A DNA stretch of 64,000 nucleotides from Eledone cirrhosa (taxonomy: Eukaryota), in contig OZ024761.1 in the NCBI GenBank assembly GCA_964016885.1, forward strand, positions 17,732,001-17,796,000, read 5' to 3'. Made by a program: the position numbers and the translations under genes. Shown here one piece after another: positions 1 through 10,888 of the stretch (positions are counted from its first letter, which is position 1; the number at the start of each line of letters is the position of its first letter). The notes beneath the pieces were generated by a model. That model saw only the letters and a program-made list of their open reading frames with translations. It had not been told where the DNA came from and did not search any database.

Positions 1-459
1 TACGTGTTCAAAGCAAGCAAATTCCTTACAGTGTGAGGATAAAAAAAAAAATTTATGTTTTAAGTTGATTCGAAATCCAAACACGGCATTCCCCAGTTCT
101 ATGTCTTACCACTAGACTATAAAGACTTAACTGATTTTCTTCTTAATATATACATATATAAACTTATTTTCAGTCTAACAATAAAATAGCTTTAAATGTG
201 TCTATTTCCACTCTGTATTTGTTAGTCTGTAGGTGGCCATGTGGGTAGTTGAGGAGTATCTCCGCATCAATTGAGTGTGTATAGATTGGTGATAGGGTTT
301 CGATCTTCTACTTTATCTTAAATTTAAATAAGTTTTATTTTTTTCATCTAAAGAATGGTCTCCACCTTTTTATTAGTTCCCCCTCCGCTCGAACCTACAC
401 TACCTACACAACCACCAAGTGGCCGTAATTCTACTGCGCAAATTTCATATATTTAAATC

Positions 460-2660
460 TATTTTAGCATTTCTTTGATAAAGAACCACATACGATGTTT
501 GACATAATTGAAAAAAAAAAGAAAAAATATTATTTTACTATTTCATAAGCTCTGGCAGGTATCGAAAACCTCATATATGGATTCATTTTACTTACATCAT
601 AAACACACATATGTATATATAATAATAATTTTTTGATAACTTTTCAGTGACAAAATACATACATGGATAGGGTTTCCAATCTCAGAATATATCTCCACTA
701 GGAATGTGTGTGTGTGTATATCTTTATTATTCCTTTGAAAAGTAGTTTTAATTTTAAAAAATTATATATTTCACTATTTCTAAAGTCTTGGCAGATATTC
801 CATCTCCATCTATAGATTCATTTAAATACATTGTATTTGACTTACGTGAAATTCAATATATAATTTTTTTCTAAATTTTGTTTTCAAGTACCAAAATAAA
901 AACAAATTAGTAAGGTTTTCAGTCACTTAAATGCGTGATTGTTATAGACACTTAACTGTTGTTGTCGGGCTGTCATATTTACCGTCATGTGTGCATTTAA
1001 ATCTGACTGAGTCAATCCTCCCATTCTCCTGGTCTAAAAACGGCCTATTTATTTTACAGGAGAGAAAGCGAGATACCTTACTTATGCCTTTAAACGTTAA
1101 TTTTGCACTTGACTTATAATTCCCTTTCCTTCTCTTTAGATTGAAAAACAAAAATATTTTACGTCTACAATTATATTCAACATAATTCATGTCAGTCTTC
1201 ACAAGTTTTTGCTACATCTGATTCAAGCTGTTATGGCTTTGGGAGGAAAGTATCCAGCTAAGAATGTATTCCGTAGTAAGTGTCATAAGAAAGATTTGTA
1301 GGTCTAAGAAACCTAACAAATAGATTTCAAATTTGTCGGCAATTAAACAAAACTTTAAAATAAGCAATACTAAAGCCACAAACGTTTTTCTATCTACGTC
1401 TCAGCTGAAGAAAAAAAAAAAAAACAAACCGCTCGAATGATTACGAGGAGTGCAAATAGAGAAATATAGCTAATGAACCATTAATTTCTGTATTGTGTAA
1501 ACATACTCTAACACAGAAAAACATAACATTACCGTTTATGAACACATTTCGGAGTCATACTAACTAAATTTATTTTAGCATTTCTTCAATAAAGAACAAC
1601 ATACAGTGTTTGACATAATTGAAAAAAAATAATATTGTGTTACTATTAAGCTTTGGCAGATATTGAAATCCTATCTACAGATTCGTTTAAATATATTATA
1701 TTGGACTTAAAACTGAGGAAATTATTTTTAAACGTTTGTTTTCCAGTACCAAAATAAAAATACATTAGTAAGGTTTTCTGTCTCATAAATGCGTGGTTGT
1801 TATAGACACTTAACTATTGTTGTAGGGGTACCGTAATTACCGTCATGTGGGCATTTAAACCTGACCGAGTCAATCCTCCCCTCCTCCTGGTTTAATAACT
1901 GCCGATTTATTTTGCCAGAGAGAAAGAGATATTTTTCTTTTCTTTAAACGTTAATTTTGCACTTGGCTTATAATTCCTTTTTCTTCTCTTAGATTGAATA
2001 AACCTCAACAATTATATTCAACATAACTCATATTAGTATTCACAGTCAAGGACCTGTTTTTACTGTATCTGCTTCAAGATATTATAGGTGGGATAAGGCA
2101 GTACAACCCAAAATAAAGTGTCAAAAGAAGGGACACTGATATAAGGTTTGTTGGACTAAGCAACCGAAGAAATAGATTTTAAAGTTTTAGGCAATAATGA
2201 AGACAATTCTGACCAAGATTAGACTCTTACATCCATATTAGCCTCTGTCAATTCAGTAGACCACTGAACTTTATTCATAATCAGAAAACAAGGCCACTTA
2301 TTGACAATAGACCAGACAAAACATTTAACAACAATTACTACAGCGATGGTGCGAGAAGATCAGGGTTTCTAAATCAGAGAATGTTTCTTTAACACAAACG
2401 TATAAAAAGTAGAAGGGATATTGGCAGTGCATAGAACTAGGAAATAACTTCTATCAAATAGATTTTCTAGTGGCTAGGAACTTAGTAGCTCCAGTTATAA
2501 TTGTGTTACACAATGTTCAGTAAGTATTTTTCTATTGAAATCAAACTGAAAGGTATACTAAAGCCACAGACGTTTATATATATATATGTTTCATCTAAAG
2601 TAAAAAAAAAAACGTACGAATTATTACAAGCAGTGTAAGCACGAATTAAAGCTAATAAAT
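460..2660. repeat. Old internal direct duplication within the unit (sub-repeat A ~460-1480, sub-repeat B ~1570-2660)
   Basis: Both begin TATTTTAGCATTTCTT, share the ATGCGTG..GAGTCAATCCTCCC core and end with ACTAAAGCCACA.ACG...AGCTAAT. B has a ~350-bp insertion (~2195-2545). A has an extra partial copy (535-690 vs 770-930). Confidence 0.9.
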
Positions 2661-3611
2661 GTACCAAGAAGGCTACCTCAAGATTTGCAATTCATTCAAG
2701 AAGAAATCAAACTTATGCATATGTCGACGACATCATTATGGCTAGAGAGGACATGAAGAATCTACAACTAGAGGTGGAAGACAAGAGAAACGACCATCCT
2801 ACCTGAAATATTATATGTTATGATATTAAATATTTCTTATACTGTCATGTTTTTTTCTTTAAAACGTTTGCATCTCAATAAAGTGGAGAAAACTATTATA
2901 TACAGTTGTTATATCATTATACTTTAGTTTTAACTTATTATTTTTATCTCTTCACATTAGAAAGAATAAAAACTTAGTAAAATCCTATATGTGTATAAAT
3001 ATAATATATGAAAGTGTGTTTGAAAGTATATAATAATAATATGAATGTTGACAAAGAGTTGTAAAATCCAAGCAAGGCAACCTACAGTTTTACACTAACA
3101 GAGACGGCTTAGAAAACGTTACCTCTTCCAAACGAATGCGAAAGAGATTGTTTCGAAACTGCCGGTGTAACACTAAATATATTACCGGTGCAACTATTTT
3201 AGTTTACCCTTTTATAAACTCACTCCAGTCATTTCAAATCGTGTTCAGAGTACCGGCAATAAGAAAAAATAAAGCGTTTGCAAAGTTTCTAAATCTGCTA
3301 AAAATGAAAGATAAATCTCTCACTCTGTCTCCAATATGTAATAAACCGTGACTTATATATATATATTTGTATGTATGTGTGTATAAATATATATATATAT
3401 ATATATACCTAAGAATGTACATGCACACACACACGTATATGTATATATATTTATATGTATACATATATACATACATGCATATATACATCTGTGTCTATAT
3501 ATATATGTACATATATGTGTAAATATGTATATATATTAGTGTATATATATTGCTATGTATATGCATATTCGTATAATTATACTCTATATTATTAGTCCAT
3601 ATATTCATATA

Positions 3612-3845
3612 CAGTTATCCCCCCGGCATTCGTGGGGTTTACGGTCCTAGAGAACCCGAGAATAGTGAAAAACCGCGAATATTGTAGATGGTCCATAGAA
3701 ATGCCTATAAACCTCGAAATAAAACGTAAAATATAATAAAAATCGAGTGAGCGTTTTATGCGAAGGGGCGTCCAATAGGCCAGAAAATACAATATATTGT
3801 TGTTAATAATTTAGCGTTAAAACAATATATATTATCACGAAAAAG
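3612..3845 (+). mobile_element. pogo/Tigger-like (Tc1-mariner superfamily) left-end fragment
   Basis: TA followed by CAGTTATCCCCCCGGCATTCGTGGGG...CCGCGAATA resembles recalled Tigger/pogo termini. A second related end, CAGTGAACCCCGACATTCGCGGG, starts at ~4286. No transposase. Confidence 0.55.
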
Positions 3846-3860
3846 GCATATATATATATA

Positions 3861-4240
3861 TATTGATTTGACTGCTATCTCTAGCATACACTAGAAAAAA
3901 CCGGAGGTGGAGAAAATTGAAAAACTTCTTCTTTTTCCCCCCTCTAACTTTTCAAACAAAAGAATATTTTATGTAAACAAAAACGAAATTTTTGCCAAGA
4001 AAGATAACTCTTCTCTGACTTAAATCCAAAATTGGGATACAAAAAATTGCGGAATTTTTTTTTGCTTCCCAATTTTGGATTCAAGTCAGCGAAGAGTTAT
4101 CTTTCTTGGCAAAAATTTCGTTTTTGTTTACATAAAATTTCCTTTTGTTTAAAAAGTTAGAGGGGGAAAAAGAAGAAGTTTTTCAATATTCTCCGCTTCC
4201 GGTTTTTCTTTTTATGCTAGAAATAAGAGTGAAAGCAATA
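3861..4240. mobile_element. ~380-bp foldback palindrome (MITE-like) embedded in (TA)n; copies start at ~10033, 16201, 22374, 28601, 34747, 40911
   Basis: Arms of ~185 bp are near-perfect reverse complements, e.g. GAAAAACTTCTTCTTTTTCCCCCTCTAACTTTT / AAAAGTTAGAGGGGGAAAAAGAAGAAGTTTTTC and TTTTATGTAAACAAAAACGAAATTTTTGCCAAGAAAGATAACTCTTC / GAAGAGTTATCTTTCTTGGCAAAAATTTCGTTTTTGTTTACATAAAA. The loop is at ~4048-4052. Confidence 0.9.
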
Positions 4241-4289
<49 letters not shown>

Positions 4290-4547
4290 TGAACCCCGAC
4301 ATTCGCGGGCCCATTTATTTGCGGAATATTCCTTAGAACCTAAGTAATAGTGATATATATATATATAGAAATAGACATACATATATATATACACACATAT
4401 ATATCTATATATGTATGTGTGTATACATATATTTATGTATATATATAAGTATTTATAGGTATATATACATTTATACATATATATATATATACATACATAC
4501 ATACACACACATATATTTATATGTACACACACACACACACATATATA

Positions 4548-4583
<36 letters not shown>

Positions 4584-4645
4584 CTGTGCCAATCTATTGA
4601 GTACATTGTATTTATTGTGGTTTCTCCCCGGCAATCTACATACGC

Positions 4646-4678
<33 letters not shown>

Positions 4679-7600
4679 TATATATTTATATATATTTATT
4701 AGAAGAGGTAAGACGAGTCGCACCTCGTACCCAAAGTACGACATTTGGCTGCTAATTCTAGCAGGTTTAGAATTTACTATTTTCCAAACAGAATTTAACT
4801 TTACACCCCTCACTCTAAACTCGATTTCAAATTACCGGGGAGTTTGTTGAAGCAGGGTTCAACTGAAATATCTACACCGGTAACTTAATTAGTGTTACAC
4901 CGGTATCCCTGAGTCATAAACTATTTGGCATTCTTCGAAGGAGGTACTGGTTTTTTAGCTGTCTTAAATGGACTATATACGCACACAATGCATATACATA
5001 AATTAATGTTTTTCTCTGTAGAAAGAGATTGACATCATTTCTTAAATCATTATTTAGGGTTTTACAACAAAACATATTGTATGTGTAATTATACATACAT
5101 TGAATTTACGTATTTATTTTTTTTATTTTTACCTACACTTTAGTAGTATATATATATATTCATTTGTGTGTGCGTTCATTTCGTGGGTAACTGCAGTTAA
5201 CGTTCGTCTCGTGTTGGGTTTTATTACAGAGTTAAAGCGACTAGAGTGAGAATAAAAAAGTAAGAAAGATCGAAAACACTGTTGTATATAAATTTTATTG
5301 GCACATTAGAATTGTTACAATATTGATAGCTCGGAGTACAATCATAATATGTATATATTTTTCACATAAAATTAATATTCAAACTGACTCCAGTGTGTTT
5401 ATTTTAAAGCGACGTAATTCTACCTCCCAGAGATTTGAACACAGTTTCATGTTACTGGGTGGTACAATGAAGCAGAGAGAGTATAAATTCGCTACACTGG
5501 TGGCATATTTGGTGTTTCACCGGTTTTCTTATAACAACACACTGGATACGACTTGCATGATAGAGGTAATGTTTTATTTGTCTTCTGTGTTAGAGTATAA
5601 CTGTAGTTTGACTTGTTAAATTTATAGTATATATCTGTTATATATATTCTTAACTATGCTATGATAGCATCTCAATTACTAATTTCATCTCTTCGGAGGT
5701 TACTGCCCTGATGTCATCTCTTCCACTAAGACACTCTCCACAAGCTTGCCTCTCCTCGTATCATCACCCAAAGTTGTATCAATCTCCACAAAGCCAACAC
5801 TTCTCATTATGTCTAAGAAAGCCACCTCAAGCAAGTGTTTCGACGTGTGTGTGTAGAATAAACGCAAGGTTTGACGGAACAAGAAAATAAAAATTATTCC
5901 TTCTCATATATATATCTTGTACATTGTATTATATTAAGGTGTTTCTGTAAATTAAAGCAATGAAATTGACCCCTAAATTTAACGACACTTTTATATTAAC
6001 AGACATTCTTCATCTTCATAGTAAGTTAAATCAAGGGTTTACTACTTGGTGCATTTATGTGTCTTTGTCTTATCTCCAAATAAAGTTTTAAATAGTATGG
6101 CACGTTTATTTATATGCTGACTGTCTTACCACCAGAGAGAGTAAAATAAAGCTTTAAATGGCATGACTACGTGTTTAAAGCAAGCAAATTCCTTACAGTG
6201 TGAGGATAAAAAAAAAAATTAATGTTTTAAGTTGATTCGAAATCCAAACACGGCATTCCCCAGTTCTATGTCTTACCACTAGACTATAAAGACTTAACTG
6301 ATTTTCTTCTTAATATATACATATATAAACTTATTTTCAGTCTAACAATAAAATAGCTTTAAATGTGTCTATTTCCACTCTGTATTTGTTAGTCTGTAGG
6401 TGGCCATGTGGGTAGTTGAGGAGTATCTACGCATCAATTGAGTGTGTATAGATTGGTGATAGGGTTTCGATCTTCTACTTTATCTTAAATTTAAATAAGT
6501 TTTATTTTTTTCATCTAAAGAATGGTCTCCACCTTTTTATTAGTTCCCCCTCCGCTCGAACCTACACTACCTACACAACCACCAAGTGGCCGTAATTCTA
6601 CTGCGCAAATTTCATATATTTAAATCTATTTTAGCATTTCTTTGATAAAGAACCACATACGATGTTTGACATAATTGAAAAAAAAAAGAAAAAATATTAT
6701 TTTACTATTTCATAAGCTCTGGCAGGTATCGAAAACCTCATATATGGATTCATTTTACTTACATCATAAACACACATATGTATATATAATAATAATTTTT
6801 TGATAACTTTTCAGTGACAAAATACATACATGGATAGGGTTTCCAATCTCAGAATATATCTCCACTAGGAATGTGTGTGTGTGTATATCTTTATTATTCC
6901 TTTGAAAAGTAGTTTTAATTTTAAAAAATTATATATTTCACTATTTCTAAAGTCTTGGCAGATATTCCATCTCCATCTGTAGATTCATTTAAATACATTG
7001 TATTTGACTTACGTGAAATTCAATATATAATTTTTTTCTAAATTTTGTTTTCAAGTACCAAAATAAAAACAAATTAGTAAGGTTTTCAGTCACTTAAATG
7101 CGTGATTGTTATAGACACTTAGCTATTGCTGTCGGGCTGTCATATTTACCGTCATGTGTGCATTTAAATCTGACTGAGTCAATCCTCCCATTCTCCTGGT
7201 CTAAAAACGGCCTATTTATTTTACAGGAGAGAAAGCGAGATACCTTTCTTATGCCTTTAAACGTTAATTTTGCACTTGACTTATAATTCCCTTTCCTTCT
7301 CTTTAGATTGAAAAACAAAAATATTTTACGTCTACAATTATATTCAACATAATTCATGTCAGTCTTCACAAGTTTTTGCTACATCTGATTCAAGCTGTTA
7401 TGGCTTTGGGAGGAAAGTATCCAGCTAAGAATGTATTCCGTAGTAAGTGTCATAAGAAAGATTTGTAGGTCTAAGAAACCTAACAAATAGATTTCAAATT
7501 TGTCGGCAATTAAACAAAACTTTAAAATAAGCAATACTAAAGCCACAAACGTTTTTCTATCTGCGTCTCATCTGAAGAAAAAAAAACAAAACAAACCGCT

Positions 7601-10412
7601 CGAATGATTACGAGGAGTGCAAATAGAGAAATATAGCTAATGAACCATTAATTTCTGTATTGTGTAAACATACTCTAACACAGAAAAACATAACATTACC
7701 GTTTATGAACACATTTCGGAGTCATACTAACTAAATTTATTTTAGCATTTCTTCAATAAAGAACAACATACAGTGTTTGACATAATTGGAAAAAAATAAT
7801 ATTGTGTTACTATTAAGCTTTGGCAGATATTGAAATCCTATCTACAGATTCGTTTAAATATATTATATTGGACTTAAAACTGAGGAAATTATTTTTAAAC
7901 GTTTGTTTTCCAGTACCAAAATAAAAATACATTAGTAAGGTTTTCTGTCTCATAAATGCGTGGTTGTTATAGACACTTAACTATTGTTGTAGGGGTACCG
8001 TAATTACCGTCATGTGGGCATTTAAACCTGACCGAGTCAATCCTCCCCTCCTCCTGGTTTAATAACTGCCGATTTATTTTGCCAGAGAGAAAGAGATATT
8101 TTTCTTTTCTTTAAACGTTAATTTTGCACTTGGCTTATAATTCCTTTTTCTTCTCTTAGATTGAATAAACCTCAACAATTATATTCAACATAACTCATAT
8201 TAGTATTCACAGTCAAGGACCTGTTTTTACTGTATCTGCTTCAAGATATAGGTGGGATAAGGCAGTACAACCCAAAATAAAGTGTCAAAAGAAGGGACAC
8301 TGATATAAGGTTTGTTGGACTAAGCAACCAAAGAAATAGATTTTAAAGTTTTAGGCAATAATGAAGACAATTCTGACCAAGATTAGACTCTTACATCCAT
8401 ATTAGCCTCTGTCAATTCAGTAGACCACTGAACTTTATTCATAATCAGAAAACAAGGCCACTTATTGACAATAGACCAGACAAAACATTTAACAACAATT
8501 ACTACAGCGATGGTGCGAGAAGATCAGGGTTTCTAAATCAGAGAATGTTTCTTTAACACAAACGTATAAAAAGTAGAAGGGATATTGGCAGTGCATAGAA
8601 CTAGGAAATAACTTCTATCAAATAGATTTTCTAGTGGCTAGGAACTTAGTAGCTCCAGTTATAATTGTGTTACACAATGTTCAGTAAGTATTTTTCTATT
8701 GAAATCAAACTGAAAGGTATACTAAAGCCACAGACGTTTATATATATATATGTTTCATCTAAAGTAAAAAAAACGTACGAATTATTACAAGCAGTGTAAG
8801 CACGAATTAAAGCTAATAAATGTACCAAGAAGGCTACCTCAAGATTTGCAATTCATTCAAGAAGAAATCAAACTTATGCATATGTCGACGACATCATTAT
8901 GGCTAGAGAGGACATGAAGAATCTACAACTAGAGGTGGAAGACAAGAGAAACGACCATCCTACCTGAAATATTATATGTTATGATATTAAATATTTCTTA
9001 TACTGTCATGTTTTTTTCTTTAAAACGTTTGCATCTCAATAAAGTGGAGAAAACTATTATATACAGTTGTTATATCATTATACTTTAGTTTTAACTTATT
9101 ATTTTTATCTCTTCACATTAGAAAGAATAAAAACTTAGTAAAATCCTATATGTGTATAAATATAATATATGTAAGTGTGTTTGAAAGTATATAATAATAA
9201 TAATATGAATGTTGACAAAGAGTTGTAAAATCCAAGCAAGGCAACCTACAGTTTTACACTAACAGAGACGGCTTAGAAAACGTTACCTCTTCCAAACGAA
9301 TGCGAAAGAGATTGTTTCGAAACTGCCGGTGTAACACTAAATATATTACCGGTGCAACTATTTTAGTTTACCCTTTTATAAACTCACTCCAGTCATTTCA
9401 AATCGTGTTCAGAGTACCGGCAATAAGAAAAAATAAAGCGTTTGCAAAGTTTCTAAATCTGCTAAAAATGAAAGATAAATCTCTCACTCTGTCTCCAATA
9501 TGTAATAAACCGTGACTTATATATATATATTTGTATGTATGTGTGTATAAATATATATATATATATATATACCTAAGAATGTACATGCACACACACACGT
9601 ATATGTATATATATTTATATGTATACATATATACATACATGCATATATACATCTGTGTCTATATATATATGTACATATATGTGTAAATATGTATATATAT
9701 TAGTGTATATATATTGCTATGTATATGCATATTCGTATAATTATACTCTATATTATTAGTCCATATATTCATATACAGTTATCCCCCCCCCCCCGGCATT
9801 CGTGGGGTTTACGGTCCTAGAGAACCCGAGAATAGTGAAAAACCGCGAATATTGTAGATGGTTCATAGAAATGCCTATAAACCTCGAAATAAAACGTAAA
9901 ATATAATAAAAATCGAGTGAGCGTTTTATGCGAAGGGGCGTCCAATAGGCCAGAAAATACAATATATTGTTGTTAATAATTTAGCGTTAAAACAATATAT
10001 ATTATCACGAAAAAGGCATATATATATATATATATTGATTTGACTGCTATCTCTAGCATACACTAGAAAAAACCGGAGGTGGAGAAAATTGAAAAACTTC
10101 TTCTTTTTCCCCCCTCTAACTTTTCAAACAAAAGAATATTTTATGTAAACAAAAACGAAATTTTTGCCAAGAAAGATAACTCTTCTCTGACTTAAATCCA
10201 AAATTGGGATACAAAAAATTGCGGAATTTTTTTTTGCATCCCAATTTTGGATTTAAGTCAGCGAAGAGTTATCTTTCTTGGCAAAAATTTCGTTTTTGTT
10301 TACATAAAATTTCCTTTTGTTTAAAAAGTTAGAGGGGGAAAAAGAAGAAGTTTTTCAATATTCTCCGCTTCCGGTTTTTCTTTTTATGCTAGAAATAAGA
10401 GTGAAAGCAATA

Positions 10413-10481
<69 letters not shown>

Positions 10482-10733
10482 TGAACCCCGACATTCGCGG
10501 GCCCATTTATTTGCGGAATATTCCTTAGAACCTAAGTAATAGTGATATATATATATATAGAAATAGACATACATATATATATACACACATATATATCTAT
10601 ATATGTATGTGTGTATACATATATTTATGTATATATATAAGTATTTATATGTATATATACATTTATACATATATATATATATACATACATACATACACAC
10701 ACATATATTTATATGTACACACACACACACACA

Positions 10734-10792
<59 letters not shown>

Positions 10793-10853
10793 TGTGCCAA
10801 TCTATTGAGTACATTGTATTTATTGTGGTTTCTCCCCGGCAATCTACATACGC

Positions 10854-10888
<35 letters not shown>

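Larger units (their letters stand above)
3058..5068. repeat. Diverged long inverted repeat (arms ~3058-3345 and ~4695-5068), present in every full unit
   Basis: 3162 CCGGTGTAACACTAAATATATTACCGGTGCAACTATTTTAGTT matches the reverse complement of ~4860-4903 (CCGGTGTAACACTAATTAAGTTACCGGTGTAGATATTTCAGTT). Collinear similarity continues on both sides (TACCTC.TTC.AA.GAATGC; TTCTAAA.CTGCTA; GTTGTAAAA). Confidence 0.85.

Noticed and set aside
232-415. Imperfect 17-bp inverted repeat GGTGGCCATGTGGGTAG / CTACCTACACAACCACC
   Set aside because: Four mismatches and no target-site duplication; compatible with chance.
425-445. TTTGCGCAGT on the minus strand resembles the U4 snRNA 5' end
   Set aside because: The match stops after 10 nt and no U4 body follows.
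931-1202. Recurrent 62-aa (+) and 86-aa (-) ORFs, and the other 60-98-aa ORFs repeated in each unit
   Set aside because: They recur only because the DNA is repeated. They are short, overlap antisense ORFs, often lack an ATG start, show no recognisable domain, and are not preserved in sub-repeat B.
4712-4762. Overlapping short hairpins followed by CTAG, as at a Helitron 3' end
   Set aside because: CTAG is not followed by T, lies inside the outer inverted arm, and no matching 5' TC end or RepHel sequence was seen.
2667-5832. 15/17 match AAGAAGGCTACCTCAAG vs AAGAAAGCCACCTCAAG, both able to encode KKATS
   Set aside because: A match of this length is plausible by chance within 6 kb and the flanks do not align.
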